From a virus (taxonomy: Duplodnaviria > Caudoviricetes): 56,683 nt of DNA. The notes beneath the pieces were generated by a model. It saw only the letters and a list, made by a program, of their open reading frames with translations. It searched no databases and had not been told where the DNA came from. The position numbers and the translations under genes were made by a program. The DNA lies in IMG/VR virus record IMGVR_UViG_3300042922_001010, positions 1-56,683 of that record; one strand, given 5' to 3'. This document shows, piece by piece, positions 35,878-44,421 of this stretch. Numbering within the stretch: the first letter of the stretch is position 1; every line of letters begins with the position of its first letter.

Positions 35878-36770
35878 GCGGCCTCCCCGTCGTCGTACTG
35901 ATCCTGGAAGTCGTAGATCGACCACATGGGCGCCTTGAGCACGCCCACGGCGCCTCCGCTGCGCGTCGAGTAGCCGGGCCACTGACCGGACTCCATCGAC
36001 TGGGCGTAGCGCTCACGGGCGCGCTGCGCCTTCTCGCGGCCCATCCGCTGTTCGTCCTCTCCCAGCACGTGCACGCCGGAGAGGTACGGCGCGTTGGACT
36101 CGACGACGATGAACACGAACGGCCGACGCTCGCCGGTGATGAGCTCGTAGATGTAGTCGTAGTGGCCGAACTGGACGTCGTAGCCCAGCCGGAACACGAC
36201 CTGCTCGAACCCGGACTCCGATGCCTCGCCGGCGGACGTCTTGAGGTCGCCGTGGCGCGGCCCCTCCGAGTCGAGTCGGCCGCGGAGCGAGACGCCCGTG
36301 ACAGGGCACACGGCGAACATGGACACCTCCGGGCGTCCGGCCTCGAAGATCGCGCGGGCGACTCGGTTGGACAGCACGGACTCGGCCATGATGTTCACGA
36401 CGCGGCCCGTGACGCGCTTGACGGGGATGAGTCCCCGCTCGCGCATCGCCTGCTCGAACGCCTTCGCGGCCTTCGTGCTGATGGCTCCGTTCGCGGCGAG
36501 CACGTTGTCCATCTCCTTGCCCTCGAACTCGAACCGTTCGGGTCCGTTGCCGTCGGGGTAGATGGCGATGTCCGCGCCGACTCCCAGCACCTTCGAGTGC
36601 ACCGCGGAGCCGAGGTCGAACTCCGGCTTCGGCTTCTCGGGCTGCGAGATGTAGTGCTGGAAGTGGGCGGGCGACTTGAGGATCTTCTTCGCGCCGGTAG
36701 ACGAAAGCCCGGGGAGCCGGTGGTAGCGCTCCTCGGGCAAGTCGTACTCGAGCCGGTTGGGTTCAGTCAT
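35874..36770 (-). CDS. RecE-like PD-(D/E)XK exonuclease (DUF3799)
   Basis: YH...LSSTGAK, GSAVH, PEVS, RGRLD, DLKT, GYDVQ..HY. Confidence 0.88.
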   Translation of the reverse strand: MTEPNRLEYDLPEERYHRLPGLSSTGAKKILKSPAHFQHYISQPEKPKPEFDLGSAVHSKVLGVGADIAIYPDGNGPERFEFEGKEMDNVLAANGAISTKAAKAFEQAMRERGLIPVKRVTGRVVNIMAESVLSNRVARAIFEAGRPEVSMFAVCPVTGVSLRGRLDSEGPRHGDLKTSAGEASESGFEQVVFRLGYDVQFGHYDYIYELITGERRPFVFIVVESNAPYLSGVHVLGEDEQRMGREKAQRARERYAQSMESGQWPGYSTRSGGAVGVLKAPMWSIYDFQDQYDDGEAA

Positions 36771-36966
36771 GTGCCTCCTCGGGCTGCCGAGGCCAGAGAC
36801 GCTCGGTCGCAGTGATGGCCGCCGCGGTCACGGCGATGGGGTTGCTGGATCCGTCGTGGACCGGGTGGAACACGTGTCCGTGCAGCGGTGAGCGGTCCAC
36901 GCGGCAGACGAGAGTCGCCGCGCCGATGGTGACCGCCCAGAACTGCCCCGGCTGCGGCTCAACCAA
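36763..36966 (-). CDS. Hypothetical protein
   Basis: Overlap-coupled. Confidence 0.55.
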   Translation of the reverse strand: MVEPQPGQFWAVTIGAATLVCRVDRSPLHGHVFHPVHDGSSNPIAVTAAAITATERLWPRQPEEAHD

Positions 36967-37138
36967 ACGCCGCCTTCACGGCGATGACGGCGAGCGCGAT
37001 GAGGCCGATGACGATGGCGCTCGAGGCGACCGCCGCGCCGAGGACGAGCATCCCGGCGAGGATCTTCCCGAGGGCCTGGCCGACGCGCCACGGGCGGGGC
37101 TGCTTCGCGGCGAGCTTGCTGACGTTGGTCTGGGTCAT
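36959..37138 (-). CDS. Small membrane protein
   Basis: AAGGAG RBS; long hydrophobic stretch. Confidence 0.65.
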   Translation of the reverse strand: MTQTNVSKLAAKQPRPWRVGQALGKILAGMLVLGAAVASSAIVIGLIALAVIAVKAAFG

Positions 37139-37506
37139 ACGTTCTCCTTCGGTGTGGCGTTGGCGATCTCGAGCAGCACGTCGGCGTGGCACGGCTGGTC
37201 GAGCGGGCAGAAACACATGAGGTTCTTGCCCGCCAGTTCGGCTATGCGTCGGGTTCCGAAATCCTCGTGTCCGGGTCCGCGATGGCTCAGCCATTCGCGA
37301 AAGAGCTCGACGGCGTGAGCTCGGTCGCGCACTCGCTCCGAGCGGTCCGCCTCGAAACGACCCGGGGAAGGGCCGATGACGTCCCTCGGGGTGAACCACT
37401 CCCCGATACGGAACGGGTTACCGTACCGGCCGGGGCGAGCAACGCTGACCGTGTTCTCGGGTTTCCGCCACCCGGGCGAACGACGCTGTTGAATTCGCTC
37501 GGGCAT
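37135..37506 (-). CDS. DUF4326-family protein
   Basis: GWRKP, RPGRYGNPF, ELAGKNLMCFCPLDQPCHADVL. Confidence 0.85.
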   Translation of the reverse strand: MPERIQQRRSPGWRKPENTVSVARPGRYGNPFRIGEWFTPRDVIGPSPGRFEADRSERVRDRAHAVELFREWLSHRGPGHEDFGTRRIAELAGKNLMCFCPLDQPCHADVLLEIANATPKENV

Positions 37507-37820
37507 CAGGGCGCCGGGTACCAGAGGATGCGGGCGTCGCCGCTGACGGTGATGTCGAGTCCGTGCGGGAAGCTGAGGGTCAGCGTCTTGTGCACGCGGT
37601 CCACCGCGACGTTGTCGACGAACCCGGTGCCCGGGATCGTGACGGATACTCGCCCCTCCGGGGCGTCCTGCTGGACGAGGAAGATGAAGTCGGCGTGCTC
37701 CGGCGGCCGGTCCGATGCGACGAGTTCGGCTACGGACTGCCGACGGAACGGCGGCGCGTCGTCTGTCCGTGAGCCGGGGAATTCGATGACGTTGGTGAGA
37801 GTCACGGGCTGAGGGTCCAT
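37506..37820 (-). CDS. Hypothetical protein
   Basis: In operon; start uncertain. Confidence 0.55.
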   Translation of the reverse strand: MDPQPVTLTNVIEFPGSRTDDAPPFRRQSVAELVASDRPPEHADFIFLVQQDAPEGRVSVTIPGTGFVDNVAVDRVHKTLTLSFPHGLDITVSGDARILWYPAP

Positions 37821-38137
37821 TTCTGTGAGGCGTTGCCGAGCGCGGAGAGACCCTCGCCGACTGCTTTGACGTTGCCGTCGGCGACAAGTTCGCTTCGGGC
37901 GGTTCTGAGGCGAGATCCGGAGCAGGGCTTCTGCCCCTTCGCGCGGCGCGAGCGGCGGTGCTTGTCGGCGATCTCGTCGTCGGTGAGGCCCTCGGGGTGG
38001 AGGGAGAGCCACGACAGCACCTCATGGTGCGCGTCGCCGCGGCGGTTGGTCATGTCCGCTGCCCGGTGGGAAGTGAGCGGGTCCGAGCGACGGGCGCGGG
38101 GCCGGTCGTCGGGGAAGATCATGGGGACGATGGTCAT
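37802..38137 (-). CDS. Winged-HTH DNA-binding protein
   Basis: ARRSDPLTSHRAA, GLTDDEI, RLRTARSELV. Confidence 0.75.
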   Translation of the reverse strand: MTIVPMIFPDDRPRARRSDPLTSHRAADMTNRRGDAHHEVLSWLSLHPEGLTDDEIADKHRRSRRAKGQKPCSGSRLRTARSELVADGNVKAVGEGLSALGNASQKWTLSP

Positions 38138-38138
38138 G

Positions 38139-38525
38139 TCAGCGCGTCAGCAGACAGTCCCGGTTCACGTCGCGGCCGGAGCCGACGTGTCCAGTCACTC
38201 GCGCGCGTTCCCACGCCTCGCGCGTCGCGAACAGCATGGTCAGCACGTCCGGGTACCCCGAAGGGTCGAGTCGGATCGCGAGCGTGAGGCGTCCCGCCGA
38301 AAGGTTGACCGCCTGGTGCCGCGTGGAGAACGTGATGCGCTCCGGGCGCGCGATGGCCTGGAAGACCTCGTCCTCCGTAATCCCCATCTCGACGCGTCGG
38401 GATGCTGCGTGAGCGGTGAAACCGATGTGGGGACGCTCCCCGGCTTCGTACGCGCGCTTGAACTCCTGGATGCTGTCGAACGGTCGCGGCTTCCAGTGCT
38501 TCCGGGGCGTGGCAGAACCAGTCAT
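38139..38525 (-). CDS. DUF4258-like putative RNase (BECR fold)
   Basis: FTAHAASRRVEMGITEDEVFQAIARP...VLTM. Confidence 0.6.
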   Translation of the reverse strand: MTGSATPRKHWKPRPFDSIQEFKRAYEAGERPHIGFTAHAASRRVEMGITEDEVFQAIARPERITFSTRHQAVNLSAGRLTLAIRLDPSGYPDVLTMLFATREAWERARVTGHVGSGRDVNRDCLLTR

Positions 38526-38607
38526 GGATTCCTCGGGCGGGTAGGGCCACCAGCGACGAACGCGGCGGCGATGACGAGTAGAGCGGCGGCGATCCAGTCC
38601 CCGGCGC

Positions 38608-38787
38608 TCATCGGGGACCGCCGCGCTTCGCTTTCCCGCGGCGGGCGACGGCCGCGCGATGAAGCGCGGAGCGCCGGGCGACCTCGAGCGCTTCCTCGCG
38701 CTGACGACGGGCGCGAAGGCGCATCATCTGGAACGGATTCAGGAACATGCGACCGGTCCTCTCGGGTACGAGAACGGGAGCCGACAT
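38608..38787 (-). CDS. Small basic protein
   Basis: ATG inside palindrome CCGACATCAAATGTCGG; coupled to a downstream short membrane ORF (38522-38611). Confidence 0.5.
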   Translation of the reverse strand: MSAPVLVPERTGRMFLNPFQMMRLRARRQREEALEVARRSALHRAAVARRGKAKRGGPR

Positions 38788-38924
38788 TTGATGTCGGCTC
38801 CCGCGAGAAAGAGATGAGGCGGCGCGCGTAGTAGTTGGGGTTTGCCCAGCCCAACACGCTTCTGCGCGCCGCTCGCGCGTGGGACGGGAGTCGAACCCGC
38901 CCTGCGACCATCCACGCTGTGCGG

Positions 38925-39128
38925 TCAGCGACCGCGTGCCTTCTTCCAGCCCTTCTTGACGTGCGACCATGTGCCGGCGGCGAAAGTCGCGACGACGGAC
39001 AGGACGCCGTCCTTGTCGCGAGCGGCGAACTCGAGCACGTGCTCACGCGTGTCGTGCGACTGGGCACGAACCTTGACGCGTTCCCCGTCCCGCAGCGTCA
39101 CAGTCCAGGACTTCTGCTTGTCGGCGAT
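38925..39128 (-). CDS. Hypothetical protein with ATC at the expected start (or start-loss pseudogene)
   Basis: GGAGG-7 nt-ATC GCC GAC AAG...; 67 codons with phage-typical codon usage. Confidence 0.55.
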   Translation of the reverse strand: MADKQKSWTVTLRDGERVKVRAQSHDTREHVLEFAARDKDGVLSVVATFAAGTWSHVKKGWKKARGR

Positions 39129-39131
39129 GGG

Positions 39132-39635
39132 TCAGCCTCCGAGACGCGGGACGTCGATGGCGAGCGGCGCGTCGGACTGGATGTAGTCGAGCGACGTGAC
39201 GACCATCGTGCCGTCGGACGTGAAGAAGAAGATGCCGGGGTCGCCGTCGCCGTAGCTGCCGTCGTCCTGCGCGCTCTCCACGGAGAAGAAGTCCGCGGAC
39301 GTGCCGTTCGCGTAACTCGGTCGCACGAACTCCGTCTCCGGCGCGATCTGCGAGCCGTTGCTGCTGATCTTGCCCTTGGTGACGTAGTAGCCGACGATGT
39401 CGCCGAACGACATCACGTAGAGGTAGCGCAGCGCCTCGGGGTCGTCCTCGCGGGCGCGCTTCTCCTTGAGGTTCGTGAGTTCGAGCGAGCTGGTCGTGTC
39501 GTACTCCGCGGCGAGCGACTTCCGATCTTCGTACGCCTGCCGCTCGCTGGTGTTCCCGGTGCACCCGCTGAGCGCGAGCGCACCGACGAGGGCGAGGGCG
39601 GCGGTCGCGGCGAGCCGCTTCGTGAGGTTCTTCAT
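39132..39635 (-). CDS. Lipoprotein
   Basis: Basic N-terminus, hydrophobic core, lipobox LSG-C. Confidence 0.85.
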   Translation of the reverse strand: MKNLTKRLAATAALALVGALALSGCTGNTSERQAYEDRKSLAAEYDTTSSLELTNLKEKRAREDDPEALRYLYVMSFGDIVGYYVTKGKISSNGSQIAPETEFVRPSYANGTSADFFSVESAQDDGSYGDGDPGIFFFTSDGTMVVTSLDYIQSDAPLAIDVPRLGG

Positions 39636-39638
39636 GGG

Positions 39639-40091
39639 TTACTCCTTGCAGTCGGTGGTCGGGTCGAGATCGTCGATCTGATGGGGCAAGTCCGGGGCGC
39701 GCCAGTCGGCGGCCAGGAACTTCCGTGCCTCGGCGTTGTAGTCGCCTACGAGCGAGACGCAGATGTTCACCGTTCCGAGGTACGTGTCGGCCGCCGTGCG
39801 GTCGTCGGGATTGGCGGCCTTCGCTTGCGCGGCGATGGTGACCTTCCGGTCGGTCGCGACGATGTCGGCGTACAAGTCCTCGAACTTGGCCTGCGCCGCC
39901 GTCCAGTTCTGCGCGCTGTTGTTCTTGACGATCCCGTCGCCCTGACCGCGCACACCCGACGTCGCGACGCCGATGCCCCACCACGCCGCGCCGATGAGCG
40001 CCACGATCACGGTGCCTGCGATGATCCAGATGGCGACGAAACGGCCGCCTCGGTTGAGTTGTCTGCGCGTATCGCGCCAGTCGTCCGTCAT
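39639..40091 (-). CDS. Single-pass membrane protein
   Basis: One TM helix; YNAEARK motif; adjacent to the lipoprotein. Confidence 0.75.
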   Translation of the reverse strand: MTDDWRDTRRQLNRGGRFVAIWIIAGTVIVALIGAAWWGIGVATSGVRGQGDGIVKNNSAQNWTAAQAKFEDLYADIVATDRKVTIAAQAKAANPDDRTAADTYLGTVNICVSLVGDYNAEARKFLAADWRAPDLPHQIDDLDPTTDCKE

Positions 40092-40171
40092 GTGCTCCCT
40101 TTCGTGTGGATGTCGTTCACCCGTGCGCGCCAGGGACTCGAACGCCTGGTGTCTGCCGGTCGCGCGTCTTC

Positions 40172-40438
40172 TCACAGATCAGCGGTGCTCACGGGGGCTG
40201 CTCCTTCCGTTTCCTGAATGGGCCTCATGCGGCCTGCTTCGACGGCGGCGTCCGTCGCGAGATCCTCGAGGAGCTGGACGGCGCGGTCGTTGACGGCGAT
40301 CGTGTCCTCATGCCACAGGCGGCGGTTGGTTTCGACGGACGTCGCCACCCCCACGGCCGCGGTCCGAATCGCGTTGAACGCGACGACAAGCGCGCGCTCT
40401 TGGATCTCGTTCTGGGTGAGCTTCGTCTTGAGGGCCAT
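40172..40438 (-). CDS. Hypothetical protein
   Basis: TGATG coupling. Confidence 0.6.
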   Translation of the reverse strand: MALKTKLTQNEIQERALVVAFNAIRTAAVGVATSVETNRRLWHEDTIAVNDRAVQLLEDLATDAAVEAGRMRPIQETEGAAPVSTADL

Positions 40439-40638
40439 CAGACGCCCTTGAACTTCCGCCCGAGAACGACCGACGCCATCCGCGCGGCCGGTGCGCCGCC
40501 TCCGTCGATGACCGCGAGGCGAGATGCGATCTTCTCGGCGGCAGCTTGGGCGGGGACGCCGTGCTTGCTCGCGACCCGAGCCAGTTCGTTCGGGTCGACG
40601 TTCTTGAGCGCGGCCCGCGCCTCCTGGATGACGTTCAT
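40438..40638 (-). CDS. Hypothetical protein
   Basis: AAGGAG RBS. Confidence 0.65.
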   Translation of the reverse strand: MNVIQEARAALKNVDPNELARVASKHGVPAQAAAEKIASRLAVIDGGGAPAARMASVVLGRKFKGV

Positions 40639-40644
40639 GTGCAT

Positions 40645-41014
40645 CTCCTTCTCGTTCGGCTGGTGTCGTGGATGCGTGCGCGCCGGGGACTCGCTCCCCC
40701 GGTGTCGGCTACGTCGCGCCCCCGGCCGTAGCCGGGAAGTGTTGTGGAATCCCTTCGATCCCTTGGTAAGCAGCCGCCCTCTCGGGGCGACCCGCCGCCG
40801 GGACATACCGGCGGTCCTCACAACCAGCCGCCCGTAGACCCCGTTCGGTCCCTATGGGCGGTCGACTGCTATCTCTGTGGAGTTACTTCTGCCTGTCCCC
40901 CTCCGCCGGTCGGTGGCCGGGGTCAACGAGGGTGTGGCATCTCTCGGGCATGCCGAGTAGTGCCCCCAACCGATCTGCGAGCGCGTCGGGGGCTGTGAGG
41001 CACCGCGGAGCGAG
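40645..41014 (-). ncRNA. Structured intergenic RNA candidate
   Basis: About 370 nt with multiple hairpins and long-range complementary segments. Confidence 0.45.
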
Positions 41015-41470
41015 CTACTCGAGCTCGGGGGCGGTGGTGGCGAGGACGGGTTCGTCGTCGCGGGGCGCGTAGGCCAGTCCGGTCTTCGGGTCGGAGATCC
41101 AGTAGGACGGGTGGTCCCATGCCACGCGGTACGCGGGCGGGATGTCGCCGGGGATCGACACGGTGCAGTCGCTGCCGGTCGCGCCGAGGAAGACAGCTTC
41201 GACAGTCTCGGTCTTGGGGCCGACGGACCGGTTGAGGTGGACGGACGTTCCGGAGGTGAGGTCTGCAGCGTTGAGCATGGCGGTCCTTCCGCAGTGAGCG
41301 GTCCAGAGGATGAGGCCGATAAGGGCAACGAGCCACAGGAGAGTGGCGCTGTTCGTTCGCGCGACCGGCTGATTCAGCAGACCGATGGCGATGCCGGCAG
41401 TACAGACAGCCGGGACGATGTAGCGGCGGGGGCTACGGGGCGACGTGCGGGGCGCGATGGCGGAGGACAC
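41015..41470 (-). CDS. Hypothetical protein (hydrophobic N-terminal part; internal RBS+ATG at 41278)
   Basis: Open frame; GAAGGA before MLNAAD. Confidence 0.55.
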   Translation of the reverse strand: MSSAIAPRTSPRSPRRYIVPAVCTAGIAIGLLNQPVARTNSATLLWLVALIGLILWTAHCGRTAMLNAADLTSGTSVHLNRSVGPKTETVEAVFLGATGSDCTVSIPGDIPPAYRVAWDHPSYWISDPKTGLAYAPRDDEPVLATTAPELE

Positions 41471-41476
41471 TGCGGG

Positions 41477-41698
41477 TCATCCCCGCACCTTCGCGGGACG
41501 CTCCTTCAACCCGTCCACGTAGCCGTCGAGTTCAGCTTTCGTGAAAGTGATCCGCTTGCCGTCGCCGACAGGGATCAGGTCGCCCGAGGCGCGGAGGTCG
41601 TCGACCTCGCGAAGCGACTTGGACAGGTAGTAGGCGGCCAGTTCGCGGGTGAAGAGTGCCGGCGCGAATTCGATCCGCTGGACGACACCGGCGCTCAC
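41477..41698 (-). CDS. Excisionase-like HTH protein
   Basis: LFTRELAAYYLSKSLREV...ELDGYV; directly after cro. Confidence 0.75.
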   Translation of the reverse strand: MSAGVVQRIEFAPALFTRELAAYYLSKSLREVDDLRASGDLIPVGDGKRITFTKAELDGYVDGLKERPAKVRG

Positions 41699-41946
41699 GC
41701 GGCGACCTCGGGAGACGCTGCGGCTTCTTCGCCGTTCTGGCCTCGCTGTGCGATGTAGGCGCTCAGGGCGCCCATGGTGTTGGCGATGTACTTCTCGGAC
41801 ACGTTTCTGGCCTTGCCGGTCTCGACAAGGGAGAGGTACCCCGGGGACCGACCGTTGAGCTGCGCTGCCTCGGTCAGAGTGAGCCCCGCGAGTACCCGGA
41901 CGGCACGAATGCTCTCTCCGGCTGCTCTAGCTGCTTCGTTCTGCAT
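41695..41946 (-). CDS. Cro-like XRE protein
   Basis: IRAVRVLAGLTLTEAAQLNGRSPGYLSLVETG; divergent from the repressor. Confidence 0.85.
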   Translation of the reverse strand: MQNEAARAAGESIRAVRVLAGLTLTEAAQLNGRSPGYLSLVETGKARNVSEKYIANTMGALSAYIAQRGQNGEEAAASPEVAA

Positions 41947-42072
41947 GAGTAAGAAAGTACCAGAGTTCCCCACGCATGTGCGGCACTTACTCTCGATCTT
42001 CCCCGCGTGTTGCTCGAAATGGGGAACTTCCTGTACGTTTGGACCCATGACCACGCCTAGGGATGGGGAAGA
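41947..42072. promoter_or_regulatory. Divergent immunity switch: two promoters and four GGGGAA-core operator-like sites
   Basis: -10 TACGTT (+) and TACTTT (-), each 7 nt before an ATG; repeats at 41964, 41997, 42020, 42064. Confidence 0.7.
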
Positions 42073-42568
42073 TTTTCTCCGCCACTTGATTGACGTTGAT
42101 GCTCTGACCGCGGAGCAGCGAGCGAAACTGGGACCGCTGGTGCGTCAGCGTCGTGAGGCGCTCAACTACTCGCAGCAGGAACTCGCGGAGGCGGCGGGCA
42201 TCGACCGCAAGACGCTCGGGACGCTCGAGTCGGGACGCCGCGCGCCGCACGCCCCGAAGCTGCGCGCGGTCCTCGAGGCTCTCGGGATCCCACAGGCCGG
42301 TGACGTCGACCGCAAGTACAGCGAGCGGACTCGCTCCTTCGTCGTGACCACCGCGCCTATCTTCGATCTGCTCCCCGACGAGTTGAAGGACGAGGCTCAG
42401 CACGACGTCGTCGTCCTCCTGGCGGGGAAGCTGTCGCGCGCGAACGGCACGGCGTCCATCACTTCGATCCGCAATGTCGGGGGCGCGTCCGATACTCGCC
42501 AGAGCGAATTGGCGGCCGTTGCCAAGAAGAAGTCGCTCGACCGCGGTGAGGATCCCTCGGACACTTGA
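42047..42568 (+). CDS. Immunity repressor (XRE HTH)
   Basis: VRQRREALNYSQQELAEAAGIDRKTLGTLESG. Confidence 0.9.
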   Translation: MTTPRDGEDFLRHLIDVDALTAEQRAKLGPLVRQRREALNYSQQELAEAAGIDRKTLGTLESGRRAPHAPKLRAVLEALGIPQAGDVDRKYSERTRSFVVTTAPIFDLLPDELKDEAQHDVVVLLAGKLSRANGTASITSIRNVGGASDTRQSELAAVAKKKSLDRGEDPSDT

Positions 42569-43035
42569 TAGACGACGACCTGGACGACATGATCCACGCA
42601 CTCGGGGTGCGTGTGGAGTACGTCGAGATGCCGCCGGACCGAGACGGGGAATACCTGCACGGTCGGCGCCTGATCCGGCTGCAGCGGGGCATGGCCCGAC
42701 GCCTGCACCGTTGGGTGAAGGCTCACGAGTGCGGCCACGCCGTGCACGCGCACCAGGCGACTCGATTCGGCCCAGTGAACGCCAAGAACGAGCGCCAGGC
42801 GGACGAGTGGGCGGCGCTCCGGCTCATCACCCTCCCCGCGTACAAGCGCGCCGAGATTCTGCACAACGGACACACCGGGGCGATGGCCGTCGAACTCGAC
42901 GTCGTCGTCGATGCCGTCGAGGTGTTCCGATCGATGCTGCTCACTGTGCAGGACGAGCACGGTATGCACACCTACCTGCAGCCGCGTATGGGTGACGGTC
43001 AGTGGGTGCACCGGGAACTGACCCGGCACGCCTGA
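42565..43035 (+). CDS. ImmA/IrrE-family metallopeptidase
   Basis: AHECGH...NERQADEWAA; coupled to the repressor. Confidence 0.9.
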   Translation: MIDDDLDDMIHALGVRVEYVEMPPDRDGEYLHGRRLIRLQRGMARRLHRWVKAHECGHAVHAHQATRFGPVNAKNERQADEWAALRLITLPAYKRAEILHNGHTGAMAVELDVVVDAVEVFRSMLLTVQDEHGMHTYLQPRMGDGQWVHRELTRHA

Positions 43036-43040
43036 ACGCA

Positions 43041-43092
43041 GAAAAGGCCCGGGACCGACCGCATGAAGCGGTGGTCCCGGGCCTTGTTCGTT
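43041..43092. terminator. Bidirectional terminator between ImmA and integrase
   Basis: AAAAGGCCCGGGACC...GGTCCCGGGCCTTGTT. Confidence 0.75.
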
Positions 43093-44400
43093 CTAGGCGG
43101 CGATGGCCTCCCTGAGTTCCCCGCGCTGGATGGCGTCGGCGAAGTGCTCCCCCAGCGCAGTGAGTGCCGCGCGGGCGGCCGCCGAGGAGACGTGCTGGTA
43201 GCCGCGAGTGGTCCGCTCCGACACGTGTCCGACGATCTCGCCGATGATCTTCGCGTCCACGCCGAGCTCCATGAGCACGGTCGCGGTCGTGTGGCGGGCG
43301 ACGTGCGTCGTGGGCGTAAGCGGCGTGCCCGGCGCGCGGTCGCGCTCCGGCTGGTTCTGCTCAGCGGTGATGACGCCCGCTTCGTAGAGGACCGTTCGCC
43401 AGGCTTCCTGATCCTGCTCCGCCGTGATCGGACGGCCGTCGGCGTGCCGCCAGATTAATCCGTGCGGGTTCGGGCCGGTAGACGCTGCCACGTAGCGGCG
43501 CAGCGCCTCCTCGAGTTCGGGGATGAGCGGGATGGTCCGCACCTTGCCGGACTTCGGCCGCACGAGGCAGAGCCGGCCGTCCAGCTGTCGATACTCCATG
43601 TCGTCCGCCATGATGAGCTTCCGCTCGGGGCAGGCGCCGCCGCGCTTCCTGCCGCACGGGTCATCGTCGGGGCACCCGTGTCGGAAACGGGCCTCGGTGA
43701 GCGACCACTGGACGACGAACTGGTGGTTCACGAAGTCGATGCTGTCGAGAGTCGCACCGATGCGCTCTCCCTGTCGCAATCCTGCCAACAGAGCGACCCA
43801 CCACCGCGTTCCGTCCGCGTGCATGGCCGCTGTGCGGAGGACGTCGAGTGCCGCCTCAGTGGACAGTGCGTCTCGCTCTGCGCCGTTCGCCGACGGAGCC
43901 TTCACGTCGCTCGCGATGTTCCGAGCGATGATGCCGTCCAGGCGGGCGGCTTCGAGCATCGAACTCAGGACAGCGTGCACCTTGAGCGCGCTCGAGGAAG
44001 CGCGCCCGGCGTCGAACATGGCGCGCGTGACCGCGCGGACGTCGGAGGGCTTGAGCTGCGCGACGCGCTTCCTGCGGAGGGTGGGGACGATCCACCGGTT
44101 GACCGCGGACTCGTAGCCCTGCAGGGCCGCCGGCTTCATGTTCGGCTCGCACACCGTTCGGAGCCAGTGCTCCGCCCACTGCTCGACGGTCATGGCCTTG
44201 TCGAGCGGCGCGCCGTGCTGCTCGAGCTCCGCGCGAAGCGTCTTGAGCTTCGCCCGCGCGTCTGCCTGCGTCTTGCCGTAGACGTAGCGCTGTCGACGGC
44301 GCCCGTCGGGCCAGAACCCGTCGTCGATGACGCCTCGCCAGAGGCCGCGCGACTTGATGAAGTACAGGCCACCGTCGCCGTGGCTGCGCTTTTTCGGCAT
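43093..44400 (-). CDS. int: Tyrosine integrase
   Basis: GLRQGE, PKS, HVARHT, VGH, GYQH catalytic residues; N-terminal arm-binding domain. Confidence 0.95.
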   Translation of the reverse strand: MPKKRSHGDGGLYFIKSRGLWRGVIDDGFWPDGRRRQRYVYGKTQADARAKLKTLRAELEQHGAPLDKAMTVEQWAEHWLRTVCEPNMKPAALQGYESAVNRWIVPTLRRKRVAQLKPSDVRAVTRAMFDAGRASSSALKVHAVLSSMLEAARLDGIIARNIASDVKAPSANGAERDALSTEAALDVLRTAAMHADGTRWWVALLAGLRQGERIGATLDSIDFVNHQFVVQWSLTEARFRHGCPDDDPCGRKRGGACPERKLIMADDMEYRQLDGRLCLVRPKSGKVRTIPLIPELEEALRRYVAASTGPNPHGLIWRHADGRPITAEQDQEAWRTVLYEAGVITAEQNQPERDRAPGTPLTPTTHVARHTTATVLMELGVDAKIIGEIVGHVSERTTRGYQHVSSAAARAALTALGEHFADAIQRGELREAIAA

Positions 44401-44421
44401 CCGAATCCCCTTGTCTGTGCT

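Noticed and set aside
35874-36770. Cas4 / CRISPR-associated nuclease
   Set aside because: Lacks the four-Cys Fe-S pattern; motifs and the adjacent annealing protein fit a RecE-like exonuclease
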